Program-made: the position numbers and the translations under genes
The notes under the pieces: model-generated
Database searches by the model: none
What the model saw: the letters and a program-made list of their open reading frames with translations, nothing else
Told to the model about the DNA's origin: nothing
Assembly (NCBI GenBank): GCA_043784905.1
Contig: JAYVXV010000108.1
Location: 1 to 50,129, forward strand
DNA length: 50,129 nt
From: Holophagaceae bacterium
GTDB lineage: Bacteria; Acidobacteriota; Holophagae; Holophagales; Holophagaceae
Direction of reading: 5' to 3'
Shown: positions 36,497 to 45,055 of the stretch, piece by piece
How positions within the stretch are numbered: the stretch's first letter is position 1
Layout of the letters: each line of letters opens with the position of its first letter

Positions 36497-38107
36497 TCAG
36501 GCCTCTCGCTTCACCACCACCAGCGTTACGTCGTCCTTGAAAGGTCCGTCGCCGAGGTGCTTGAAAGTGGCGGTGAGAATTTGCTCGAAGATGCAATCCG
36601 CGCTGGAATTCTGGAATTGGCGCACCACTTCGATGATGGGGTCTTCGCCGAGATCCTGGCCTGTGGCGCCATTCTCGGCTTCCACCAGGCCATCGGTGAA
36701 AATCACCAGCACGTCCCCTTTGGCCATGCGGGCGCGACCTTCTCCGAACGTCGCGCCGGGCAGCAGGCCCACCATGGGCCCCGTGGGATTGAGCCGGATT
36801 GCGGGGCTCCCATCGGCGGGCACCAGCAGTGGGGGGTTGTGGCCCCCGTTGACGTAGCGCAGATCGCCGGTCTCGGGATTGAGGCTGGCGGCGAAGAGTG
36901 TTGCATAGCGATTGCGGTCGCGCACTTCATTCATGCGCACGTTCAACCGCGTGGCGAGTCGGCCCCAATCCTTCACCCGGCGGTCGGCCCGAGCGCGGAG
37001 ATAGGTCGAGAGCTGGGTCATCATCAGCGAGGCGGGTAAACCTTTACCGGAGATGTCACCGACCGCGATATGCAGACGCTCTTCTTCGGCCTCTTTGGAA
37101 CCCGCAGGATCCTTGGCCATCCACACGTCATAGAGATCGCCACCCACCGCCTGGAAAGGTAAATTCGCCGCAGCGCACTGCCAGCCGTCGGGCTCTGGCA
37201 GGCCTTTGGGAAGGATCTGGCGCTGGATATTGCGGGCCAATTCTAAATCTTTTTCCATCTTCAGCGATTGGATCTGCGATTCGCGAAGATCCAGGCTCGT
37301 GAGTTGGCTAGAGGTGAGATTCAGTAAGGTCTGAAGGAAGACTTCATCCTCTTCGCTAAGGTGTCCTACCGTCGGCTCAGCGGCGTAGGCAAAGCCGTGG
37401 CTGTGATTCTGATCTCTCAACTCAATGGCATGGACTAACGTTTTTTCCGAGAGCACGGATTGCAAGGCTGAACCCGTAAGGTGCGGCGGGAGCACGCCGA
37501 CGCCTTTATTCAGAAGCACCTCTCCTTCTGCCCCGAGCACCAGCAGGCGCGGAATGCGGAACTCACCCATGAGCGTTGAAGCCATGAGACGGATCAAATC
37601 TTCTTTGGTGTTCACCTCACCGAGCGAGCGCGTGAGATCGAACACCGTGTTGAGCCGGGCGAGTTGCAGGGCCAGGGCGCGGTTCTGGTCACTGCGCAGG
37701 GCCTCGGCCCGCCGCCATGCGAGCAGAGGCGCGGAGATGGAAAGCAACAGGGTGAGCGCTGCCGGATTGTCGGGGGTCTTGAGAACCAGGTGCCCATAAA
37801 TTTCATCGCCATGGGCCCAAGGTAGGCTGATCCACTCCTTGCCGGGATTGGTGGGGAAGGGCGGCGCCGAACCCCGAAGAAAGAGCCACGCCTGGCCATC
37901 CCAGAGCCCACCCTGGCGCGCCTTGGCGATGCCCAAGGCCGTGACGCCCACGAGATGGACGAGCGCTTCTTCGGTGACCTGCTCGGGGAAGGCCTCGAGA
38001 AAATCCACCAGGGGTAATAACTCGCTGGCGCCTTCGGGAATGCGCAGCGAAAGTTCACGCAAACGGTCAAACGGATTGACGGGAGGAACGACCGGATCAG
38101 GAGCCAT
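36497..38107 (-). CDS. PP2C/SpoIIE-family serine phosphatase with N-terminal GAF-like sensor region (RsbU-like)
   Basis: The C-terminal 240 aa carry PP2C/SpoIIE motifs (VGGDLYDVW, VGDISGKGLPASL, FTDGLVEAEN). The N-terminal 290 aa or so are sensor-like. Confidence 0.85.
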   Translation of the reverse strand: MAPDPVVPPVNPFDRLRELSLRIPEGASELLPLVDFLEAFPEQVTEEALVHLVGVTALGIAKARQGGLWDGQAWLFLRGSAPPFPTNPGKEWISLPWAHGDEIYGHLVLKTPDNPAALTLLLSISAPLLAWRRAEALRSDQNRALALQLARLNTVFDLTRSLGEVNTKEDLIRLMASTLMGEFRIPRLLVLGAEGEVLLNKGVGVLPPHLTGSALQSVLSEKTLVHAIELRDQNHSHGFAYAAEPTVGHLSEEDEVFLQTLLNLTSSQLTSLDLRESQIQSLKMEKDLELARNIQRQILPKGLPEPDGWQCAAANLPFQAVGGDLYDVWMAKDPAGSKEAEEERLHIAVGDISGKGLPASLMMTQLSTYLRARADRRVKDWGRLATRLNVRMNEVRDRNRYATLFAASLNPETGDLRYVNGGHNPPLLVPADGSPAIRLNPTGPMVGLLPGATFGEGRARMAKGDVLVIFTDGLVEAENGATGQDLGEDPIIEVVRQFQNSSADCIFEQILTATFKHLGDGPFKDDVTLVVVKREA

Positions 38108-38119
38108 GGCGGCTGGCTC

Positions 38120-38566
38120 CTAAGCGATGTTCTTGATCATGCAGCACTCGCTGCGGCCCTGCTCTTCGCCGAAACGCACCTCATCCATGAAGCGGCTCAT
38201 CAACAGCAGGCCAAGGCCGCCTTTGCGGGGGTGCTTCACGTATTCTTTCGGGTCAGGTAGCACCACTTGATCGCCGCGAATCCCAAGACCCGTGTGCCAC
38301 ATATGGATCTCAAGGGATTTCCCCGTGAATCGCAAATCCAATTCGACGGTGTGGTTTTCTTCCCCGTGATAGGCGTGAAGAATGATGTTCGTGACGGCTT
38401 CATCCACCGCGATAGAGACTTTGGCGGCGGTGGAGTCGTCCATGCCCGCCACCAGTGACGCCCGCTTGGCGAGGCCCGCCACCAGGTTCAGGTACCGGGT
38501 CTGGCTGGGAATGACTAAGCGGAAATCCGACTTCTCCAGGCGCTTGGATGAAAGGGTCGCCGACAT
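38120..38566 (-). CDS. Anti-sigma regulatory factor, Ser/Thr protein kinase (RsbW/SpoIIAB-like HATPase)
   Basis: 148 aa with N-box DEAVTNIILHAY and G-box GGLGLLLMSRFMDEV. 1-nt overlap with the STAS gene. Confidence 0.8.
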   Translation of the reverse strand: MSATLSSKRLEKSDFRLVIPSQTRYLNLVAGLAKRASLVAGMDDSTAAKVSIAVDEAVTNIILHAYHGEENHTVELDLRFTGKSLEIHMWHTGLGIRGDQVVLPDPKEYVKHPRKGGLGLLLMSRFMDEVRFGEEQGRSECCMIKNIA

Positions 38567-38919
38567 CAGGCCTGCTCCGCCAGGGCCGCCAGGGCGTCCT
38601 CCTCGCAGGGGAAAACCCGGTAGAGCTGTGTGAAGCCCAAGGTGTCGAAGATCGCAAAGACGTTCTCTTGAAGATTGCAGAGCAGGATGTCGCCCTTGTT
38701 TTCCCGCACGGTTTCAATGAGCCCCATGATGGCGCCAAGGCCTGCGGAGCTGATGTAGTTTAGCTCCCGACAGTTCAGCAAAATTGTATAGCGACCAGCA
38801 TTGACCAGGTTTTCCAGGGCGCCTTCGAACTGGCGAACGGTGTGGGCATTGATGAAGCCGTTGGGCTCCACCACCGATGCGCCGCCCGCATCACGTACCT
38901 GGATGGAAAGATCAGCCAT
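38566..38919 (-). CDS. STAS-domain anti-sigma-factor antagonist (RsbV/SpoIIAA-like)
   Basis: 117 aa. The phosphorylatable-Ser region is LNCRELNYISSAGLGAIMG. Confidence 0.85.
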   Translation of the reverse strand: MADLSIQVRDAGGASVVEPNGFINAHTVRQFEGALENLVNAGRYTILLNCRELNYISSAGLGAIMGLIETVRENKGDILLCNLQENVFAIFDTLGFTQLYRVFPCEEDALAALAEQA

Positions 38920-39123
38920 TCAAAAGCTCCGAAGGTCAAGGGATTCATCCTAAGCCGTCGCCCCAAATATAGCCAGCTTCGCTAAGGGCATGAACGTCAT
39001 TTGGGCGTGTTTCAAAAATCGGACGCGGTCGCGCTTAACTTTCGAAACCCCATCTCAGGAGCATTCGATCCCAGCGTCGGTTTTCCGCTATTGTGGTAGC
39101 CAACCCTCACCCAAGAGTCCGAC

Positions 39124-40341
39124 ATGGCCCAGCCCGCCGAAGCTCTGAAGCAGATTCTCCGAACTTGGCTCAAAGAGCGCCATCAGGGCCTGCTTGAGCA
39201 GGTGATGATGACGTGGGAAGAAGGCCTTGGCCGCCTGAATCCCGATGACGCCTTGGCAAGTGAATTATTGGCCGCCGTGCCCGTGCCAGAGCCGCTGCTG
39301 GCGCCAGCCCCGGCGGTTACTCCGATGGCCAACACCGATCGTGAGTTGGGATCGGCCTTGGACCTATTGGACGCGGCGCAGAGTCAGGCGGAAGTGCTTC
39401 ACAAGCTCCTTGATGGACTGCGCCCCTTCGCCGATCGCAGCGCGCTTTTCATTCTCAAACAGGGCATCGCGAATCTCTACGCCAGCCGTGGATTTGATGG
39501 GGATAGTGCCAAGCCCGGCACGCCGGTGGTGCCACCGTTGGAACTCGAAGCGCTCATCTCCGGCCAAGTCTCATCCATCCAACAAGCCGGTGAGGCCTAC
39601 CTGTCCTTGGTGCGACCCTTGTCGGGCCTGACCTCGGCCGATCTCCGCATCCATACCATCCGCCTAAAACGAAAAGCCGTGGCCTTGGTGCTGGCGGATA
39701 GCGGCCTACGGCGTGCCATGGAAAACCCAAACCACATCCGAGCCCTGGTTCGTGGTGCCGAGGCCGCCTTGGCCTACCTGGCGGGCCAGAAGGACGATGA
39801 GCGAACGGGTACGGGACCTATGAAATCCAGCGGGCCCATGCCCATGCCCATGCCTGCGCCCATGCCTCAAGTCCAACCGCCACCTTCGCCGCCAATCCCG
39901 CAGACCTCGGCTCCCCATTCGATGGCAACGGGGCCTGTGCCGGTGCCCCAGGGATTGCGGAGCCCCGCGCCGGCGCCCATGGTGCCCATGGCTCCCATGG
40001 CGCCAGTTTCGCTCCCATCCTATTCCGCGCCCACGCAACAGGTGCCCGAGCCCATCGAATCGGCCACCACCCTGGACCCCAAGATCCGCACCACCGCTGA
40101 ACGTCTGGCCCGGGTGCTGGTGGGAGATATTGAGTTGTATTTCCCACAAAAAGTCGCTCAAGGGCGTCAGCAGGGCAACTTGTATGGGCTCCTTCGAGAC
40201 GAATTGGAGCGCAGCCGAGCGACCTTCATTGACCGATTTGGTGAGCCCGTGGAAAAAGAACATAGAATTTTTATTCAGACGGTCCTATCCCAGCTTTGTG
40301 AAGGCATTCCCACCAAGCTCGGCTCCGCTCCCTGGGCTTGA
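39124..40341 (+). CDS. Hypothetical protein (N-terminal globular region, Pro/Met-rich linker, conserved C-terminal helical module)
   Basis: 405 aa. The linker is GPMPMPMPAPMPQVQPPPSPPIPQ...APAPMVPMAPMAP. The C-terminus is TAERLARVLVGDIELYFPQKVAQGRQQGNLYGLLRDELERSRATFIDRFG. No named family is recognised. Confidence 0.6.
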   Translation: MAQPAEALKQILRTWLKERHQGLLEQVMMTWEEGLGRLNPDDALASELLAAVPVPEPLLAPAPAVTPMANTDRELGSALDLLDAAQSQAEVLHKLLDGLRPFADRSALFILKQGIANLYASRGFDGDSAKPGTPVVPPLELEALISGQVSSIQQAGEAYLSLVRPLSGLTSADLRIHTIRLKRKAVALVLADSGLRRAMENPNHIRALVRGAEAALAYLAGQKDDERTGTGPMKSSGPMPMPMPAPMPQVQPPPSPPIPQTSAPHSMATGPVPVPQGLRSPAPAPMVPMAPMAPVSLPSYSAPTQQVPEPIESATTLDPKIRTTAERLARVLVGDIELYFPQKVAQGRQQGNLYGLLRDELERSRATFIDRFGEPVEKEHRIFIQTVLSQLCEGIPTKLGSAPWA

Positions 40342-40411
40342 TTTGATCTACTGGGGTGACAATCGGATTGGAATCTGGTAAACCCTCTAGCCTGACGCTT
40401 GAGGGTTTCGC

Positions 40412-40705
40412 ATGGCCAATTTGGGAAAAAAATTTAACTGCTTTTCTTGCTCGACGAAGTTCTATGACTTCGGAAAGCCAGAGGCCCTATGCCCCAAGTG
40501 CGGCGCGAACCAAAAGGACGCGCCCAGCAAACCCAAAATCGTGAAGAAAGAAAAGGCTGTTCATCTCATCGAGGATGATATTGGAACCGAGCCCGAGGCC
40601 GAGGCCGCCACGGAGGAAACCTTCGAGGAAAGCCTGGGCATCAGTGGCGCCAAAGCCGAAGGCGTGGACCCCGGCGACCTGCGAATGGACGATTACGACG
40701 AGTGA
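40412..40705 (+). CDS. TIGR02300 (FYDLN_acid) family zinc-ribbon protein
   Basis: Starts LGKKFNCFSCSTKFYDFGKPEALCPKCGANQ, followed by an acidic tail ending DLRMDDYDE. Confidence 0.8.
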   Translation: MANLGKKFNCFSCSTKFYDFGKPEALCPKCGANQKDAPSKPKIVKKEKAVHLIEDDIGTEPEAEAATEETFEESLGISGAKAEGVDPGDLRMDDYDE

Positions 40706-41664
40706 CTTCCGCTCTCACGGCTTCCGTCAGCCCTCCAGCCATTGATCGCCATGTTCATCTTGAAGGTGGAATGGATCCGGCATGGGTGCGGAGTCAAGCT
40801 GGGCGGATCGGCCAAGTTGTGCCTGAGTCCCTAGAAGCGCTGTGGCTGCGTGAGGCAAGGCCCTTTGAAGATTTCATCGAGGCCTTTCTGTTTGGCTCGA
40901 AATTCCTTTGTGATCACAAGGCTGTGCGCGCCGCGATGGGCGCCATCATGGCGCGCTTGCCAGAATCATCTGATGGACCACGGGGCCTAGACCTATGGGT
41001 ATCGCCGTTTTTTCTGGTGTGCTTCAAAAACCTGCTTAGCCTTGAAGCGCTGTGGCGCGGGATCGAGGATGGCATCGGGGATGGGCGCCAGCAGGGCGTT
41101 TCCGTGGCCGTGGTGATAGACGCTGTGAATCATTTGGGCCCTGAGCATGGTCACGAGGTGCTCGATTTGGTACTGGGTGATTTGCCAAATTTCGTTGTGG
41201 GTTTTTCCACCGGGGGCCTCGAACGTGTGCCTTTCCGGGAATGGGCACCCGTCTTTGATCGAGCGCGGGAATCTGGACTGCGCATCGCGGCCCATGCGGG
41301 CGAGAATGGCCCTGGCGAAAATGTCCGCGAAGCCATCCTCGAAGGCGGTGTGGATCGCATCGTCCATGGCGTTCACGCCGCTTCAGACCCGAGCATCCTC
41401 GATCTTTTGGCGGAGCGGCGGATCCCGGTGGATGTTTGCCCTAGTTCCAACCGGGCCCTTGTGCCCAATTTGGGGACGCACCCCTTGCCAGTCATGCTCC
41501 GGGCTGGCCTCCGCTGCGCCCTGGGCACGGATGATCCGGGCCTCATCCCTTGCGATCTCACCTCCGAATGGCGATTGGCTCAGGCCATGGGGTTGAATGC
41601 GGGAGAGTTGGAGGCCTTGAGGCGATTCTCAGTGGAAGACGCATGGTGCTTGAGGAAGCCTTGA
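40702..41664 (+). CDS. add: Adenosine/adenine deaminase family protein
   Basis: Metal and catalytic motifs IDRHVHLEGG, AHAGE, DRIVHGVH and LGTDDPG. GTG start overlapping the upstream stop (GTGA). Confidence 0.8.
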   Translation: MTSALTASVSPPAIDRHVHLEGGMDPAWVRSQAGRIGQVVPESLEALWLREARPFEDFIEAFLFGSKFLCDHKAVRAAMGAIMARLPESSDGPRGLDLWVSPFFLVCFKNLLSLEALWRGIEDGIGDGRQQGVSVAVVIDAVNHLGPEHGHEVLDLVLGDLPNFVVGFSTGGLERVPFREWAPVFDRARESGLRIAAHAGENGPGENVREAILEGGVDRIVHGVHAASDPSILDLLAERRIPVDVCPSSNRALVPNLGTHPLPVMLRAGLRCALGTDDPGLIPCDLTSEWRLAQAMGLNAGELEALRRFSVEDAWCLRKP

Positions 41665-41726
41665 GTCCCGGGTCTCGAGTCCTAGGTCCCAAGCAAGGAA
41701 GGCCATAGGCTTTCGGCTCAGGGCTC
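41663..41726. repeat. Word-arm element, weak copy (words GAGTCCY)
   Basis: The left arm gagtcccgggtctcgagtcctaggtccc begins within the add stop codon. Only a short partner, ggctcagggctc (41715-41726), is present. Confidence 0.4.
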
Positions 41727-41811
41727 TTGTTTGTGCCGACCCTCAACCGATCCCGGCCAAAAGGAAGGCTCGATTGATCGGCACTTTCCTGGCAGAATCG
41801 AAGGTTCTGTG

Positions 41812-41888
41812 GCGCTCGTAGCTCAGCTGGATAGAGCATCAGGCTTCGAACCTGAGGGTCGGGAGTTCGAATCTCTCCGGGCGCACCA
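41812..41888 (+). tRNA. tRNA-Arg (anticodon TCG)
   Basis: Hand-folded cloverleaf. Acceptor GCGCTCG/CGGGCGC, D arm GCTC-AGCTGGATA-GAGC, anticodon arm TCAGG-CTTCGAA-CCTGA, T arm GGGAG-TTCGAAT-CTCTC. Discriminator A and an encoded CCA. Confidence 0.9.
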
Positions 41889-41911
41889 TGAAACATTTTT
41901 GAAAGACATAG

Positions 41912-41996
41912 GCGAGTGTGGCGGAACTGGCAGACGCACTGGATTTAGGTTCCAGCGGTTAACACCGTGTGGGTTCGAGTCCCACCATTCGCACCA
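41912..41996 (+). tRNA. tRNA-Leu (anticodon TAG)
   Basis: Hand-folded. Acceptor GCGAGTG/CATTCGC, anticodon arm CTGGA-TTTAGGT-TCCAG, long variable arm CGGTTAACACCGT, T arm GTGGG-TTCGAGT-CCCAC. CCA is encoded. Confidence 0.9.
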
Positions 41997-42049
41997 ATAA
42001 ATTCACGCAACACCCCAACCAAGTTTCGCAACCGGTTTTAGGAGCACCC

Positions 42050-43681
42050 ATGCAGGTCACGCTCACCCATCACACCAACACACGCAAGTCCCTGGAGATC
42101 CACGTCCCGGCGGCGGAGGTCACCTCGACGTTTGGTGAAGCCCTGGCCCGCATCGCCCCCAAGGTCAAGATTCCGGGATTTCGTCCGGGTAAGGTGCCCA
42201 AGAACGTTCTCCTCTCCCGCTTTTCCCGCGAGATCCGCCAGGACGTAGCCGACATGCTGGTTCAGCGCCTTTTCTGGGACGCTGCGGCAGCCGCAGGCAC
42301 TCAGCCCATCTCTCAGCCAGCCCTCGAAAAGGCAGATCTGTCGGATGGTCAAGATGGCTCCATCAAGGCCCTCTACGATGTGGCCCCCGAAGTCCAACTG
42401 CCGGAATTCAAGGGCTTCAAGCTGGAAAAGAAAAAGCGCGCCATTGATGACGCAGCCGTGGAAGAACACATCGAAGGCCTGCGTCAGGAATCGGCTAAGC
42501 TGCTGCCGGATGATGGCGTCAGCGCAGAAGGACTTTTCGCCACCTTCGACGTCAAGGCCAAGCCCCAGGGCCTCAAGGCCCAGACGTACCGCGATCAGGT
42601 AATCCAGCTCGATCCCAAGCGTCCTTTTGACAAGGAAGTGCTGGGTCTCAAAGTGGACGAAAAACGAAGCTTCGAGGTGGCCGTGCCCGTCGAGGATCCC
42701 AACAAGACGGTCGCCGGGAAAAGTGTTCACTACGAAGTGATCCTCAAGGATCTGCGCAAGAACACCGTGCCTGAGCTGAACGATGAATTCGCCAAAGACT
42801 CGGGTGATTTTGCGGACCTCAAGGCCCTACGCGCCCATGTCCGCAAGGAACTGGAAGAGGCGGCCGAGCGCGATGCTCACGCCCGCTTGCAGAGCAACAT
42901 GTTGGAAACGCTGTTAGATGCCTCGCCCTTTGAAGTTCCGGTCTCCATGGTGTCCTTGCAGCTAGACGATTACAGCCAAGAATTCGCCAACATGATCGCG
43001 CGTCAGGGTGTGGATCCAAGGCGCGTGAATTGGAACGCCTACCGACAGAGCCGCCACCGGGATGCCGAGCGCGCGGTGCGCAGTGGATATCTTTTGCAGG
43101 CCATCGGTAACGCCGAGGATATCCAGGTCGCCGATGAAGAAATAGACGCGGACATCCGCACCTTCATGGAAGAGAACAAGGTCCAGCAGCCCTTTGCGGC
43201 CTTCAAGGCCGACCTGGAAAGCCGTGGCGCTACCACCGAAATCAAAGGCCGTATTCGCACGGACAAAATCTTTGATCACCTGATCACTTTCGCTACTGTT
43301 ACCGAAGAGCTGCTCGACAAAAAGGCCTTCGAGGACTTGGTGGAACTGGAGCGCAAGCGCGAAGCCGGTTTGGCCTCGGCTCGCTTTGACGCCGGCGGTC
43401 TCGAAAGCGGCGAAACCGAGCAGGAGGGCGGCGCTCCGGATGCCATCCAACATGGCGAAGCCGATCACGTCCACGGTCCCGATTGTGACCACGACCACGA
43501 CCACGACCATGCCGAAGAAAAGCCGAAGAAAAAAGCGGCCAAAAAATCCGAAGAAATCGAAGAAGAGAAGCCTAAGAAAGTCGCTAAAAAAGCCGCTGAA
43601 GCCGAGGACGAAAAACCAAAGAAAGCCAAGAAGGAAGAGCCTGAAGACGAAAAGCCAAAAAAGAAGAAAAAATCCGAGTAA
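42050..43681 (+). CDS. tig: Trigger factor with about 110-aa acidic / His-Asp / Lys-rich C-terminal extension
   Basis: The ATG at 42050 has GGAG 5 nt upstream (the ORF track start at 41969 lies inside tRNA-Leu). N-terminal ribosome-binding motif GFRPGKVPKNVL. The tail is HVHGPDCDHDHDHDHAEEKPKKKAAKK...KPKKKKKSE. Confidence 0.9.
   Translation: MQVTLTHHTNTRKSLEIHVPAAEVTSTFGEALARIAPKVKIPGFRPGKVPKNVLLSRFSREIRQDVADMLVQRLFWDAAAAAGTQPISQPALEKADLSDGQDGSIKALYDVAPEVQLPEFKGFKLEKKKRAIDDAAVEEHIEGLRQESAKLLPDDGVSAEGLFATFDVKAKPQGLKAQTYRDQVIQLDPKRPFDKEVLGLKVDEKRSFEVAVPVEDPNKTVAGKSVHYEVILKDLRKNTVPELNDEFAKDSGDFADLKALRAHVRKELEEAAERDAHARLQSNMLETLLDASPFEVPVSMVSLQLDDYSQEFANMIARQGVDPRRVNWNAYRQSRHRDAERAVRSGYLLQAIGNAEDIQVADEEIDADIRTFMEENKVQQPFAAFKADLESRGATTEIKGRIRTDKIFDHLITFATVTEELLDKKAFEDLVELERKREAGLASARFDAGGLESGETEQEGGAPDAIQHGEADHVHGPDCDHDHDHDHAEEKPKKKAAKKSEEIEEEKPKKVAKKAAEAEDEKPKKAKKEEPEDEKPKKKKKSE
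43487..43510 (+). repeat. Hexanucleotide microsatellite (GACCAC)3 GACCAT inside tig
   Basis: Direct reading. It encodes DHDHDHDH in the tig C-terminal extension. Confidence 0.9.
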
Positions 43682-43697
43682 CTCGGGTCTCGGTAAC

Positions 43698-43728
43698 AAA
43701 AAAGGGCGCTGTGGGCGCCCTTTTTTTC
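43698..43728 (+). terminator. Intrinsic terminator of tig
   Basis: The sequence aaaaaa-gggcgc-tgtgg-gcgccc-ttttttt has its stem at 43704-43709 / 43715-43720 and a 7-T tract. Confidence 0.75.
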
Positions 43729-43729
43729 T

Positions 43730-43943
43730 GGCCTCGGGCATCAGGCTTCATACGACTTTGCTTTCAATGAATTAGAACCACAGAGACACAGAGGGCACAG
43801 AGAGAGCCGTCATGTGCCTCTGTGGTGAATTTAATCTATTGAACGCGAATGGGTATCAGTCATCGTTGTTGGTTTTGGATGGGCCATCTGGCACGCCAGA
43901 TATGCGAAGCGACCGACATCAACGAAGCCTGATGCCCGAGGCC
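43730..43943. repeat. Nested palindrome: perfect 20-bp inverted repeat enclosing a short word-arm element
   Basis: ggcctcgggcatcaggcttc (43730-43749) and its exact reverse complement gaagcctgatgcccgaggcc (43924-43943) flank the element. Inside it, gaaccacagagacacagagggcacagagag (43775-43804) pairs with tgcctctgtggtgaatttaatctattgaacgcgaat (43815-43850). Confidence 0.8.
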
Positions 43944-43951
43944 TGAGTCCC

Positions 43952-44350
43952 TTACCTCAGATCTTCCTCACGCACCACCACACCATCCTGAAGAATTCGA
44001 TATCCAAGGGGCCGATCATGGGTGGGCACGACGGCCTCGAAAATGGAGTGGGCCGCTGTCATTCCGGGCTGACCGGGCATCGCCGCCTGTTCGGTGGTGG
44101 CCTTGCAGGGGACTTTGAGTACCCTTCCTTCCTTGAACAGAAATTCCATGGAGAAATGGATCACTTCCTCCTTCTGCCAGATGTATGGGTCGGAGTCGGT
44201 GAAGCGCATCAAGGTGCGGGCCTGCTCGCCATACTCTTCTCGGCGGAGCCGGACGCTTTTCCCAGTGCCCGTGATGGGGATGGGATGTTTGCATGCGACA
44301 CCGAGGCCCGTGAAAAGGCAGATAAAAAGAAGGGCAGTCTTGGGTTTCAT
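43952..44350 (-). CDS. Hypothetical lipoprotein
   Basis: Signal peptide plus lipobox [20 protein letters not shown]. 132 aa from the ATG at 44348-44350. No family is recognised. Confidence 0.55.
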   Translation of the reverse strand: MKPKTALLFICLFTGLGVACKHPIPITGTGKSVRLRREEYGEQARTLMRFTDSDPYIWQKEEVIHFSMEFLFKEGRVLKVPCKATTEQAAMPGQPGMTAAHSIFEAVVPTHDRPLGYRILQDGVVVREEDLR

Positions 44351-44458
44351 GGGGGCTCGCAAGTTTTAGATGTCCATTCCAGTATGCACCTAGGCTGGAG
44401 AAGGCCGCTTGAAATGGGCTCTGCGCTATTCTGTCTTCATCAGGATTCAGGAGCCTTC

Positions 44459-45055
44459 ATGCCCAGCAACTACTACCCCCCTATCGTCATCGAGCAGACC
44501 CCTCGGGGCGAACGAAGCTACGACATCTACTCCCGGCTTCTGAAAGACAACATCATCTTTCTGGGCACCGCCATTGACGACAACTTAGCCAATGCCATCG
44601 TGGCGCAGATGTTGTTTCTGGAAAGTGAAGATCCCGACAAGGACATCCAGATCTACATCAACAGCCCCGGTGGCAGCGTCACGGCGGGCCTCGCCATCTA
44701 CGACACCATGCAATTCGTGAAGAACGACATCGTCACCTATTGCATCGGTCAATGCGCGTCCATGGGGGCTCACTTGCTGGCGGCGGGCACCAAGGGCAAG
44801 CGCTTCGCGCTGCCCAATGCCCGCATCATGATCCACCAGCCCAGCGGCGGCGCCCAGGGCCAGGCCACGGAAATCGAGATCACCTACAAAGAGATCCAGC
44901 GGCTCAAGGACGCCCTGAGCGAAACCTTCGCCAAGCACACCGGCCAGACCGTGAAAAAGGTGCAGAAGGACATGGACCGCGATTACTTCATGAGCGCCGC
45001 CGAGGCCATGGACTACGGCATCATTGACAAGGTGCTGACGGAGCGGCCGGCCTAG
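44459..45055 (+). CDS. clpP: ATP-dependent Clp protease proteolytic subunit
   Basis: The ATG at 44459 has AGGAG upstream. 198 aa with [16 protein letters not shown], the Ser box GQCASMGA, and IMIHQP. Confidence 0.95.
   Translation: MPSNYYPPIVIEQTPRGERSYDIYSRLLKDNIIFLGTAIDDNLANAIVAQMLFLESEDPDKDIQIYINSPGGSVTAGLAIYDTMQFVKNDIVTYCIGQCASMGAHLLAAGTKGKRFALPNARIMIHQPSGGAQGQATEIEITYKEIQRLKDALSETFAKHTGQTVKKVQKDMDRDYFMSAAEAMDYGIIDKVLTERPA

Noticed and set aside
44018-44458. 147-aa N-terminal extension of the clpP ORF given in the ORF track
   Set aside because: The extension overlaps the opposite-strand lipoprotein gene and has no ClpP similarity. A canonical AGGAG plus ATG at 44459 gives a normal 198-aa ClpP.
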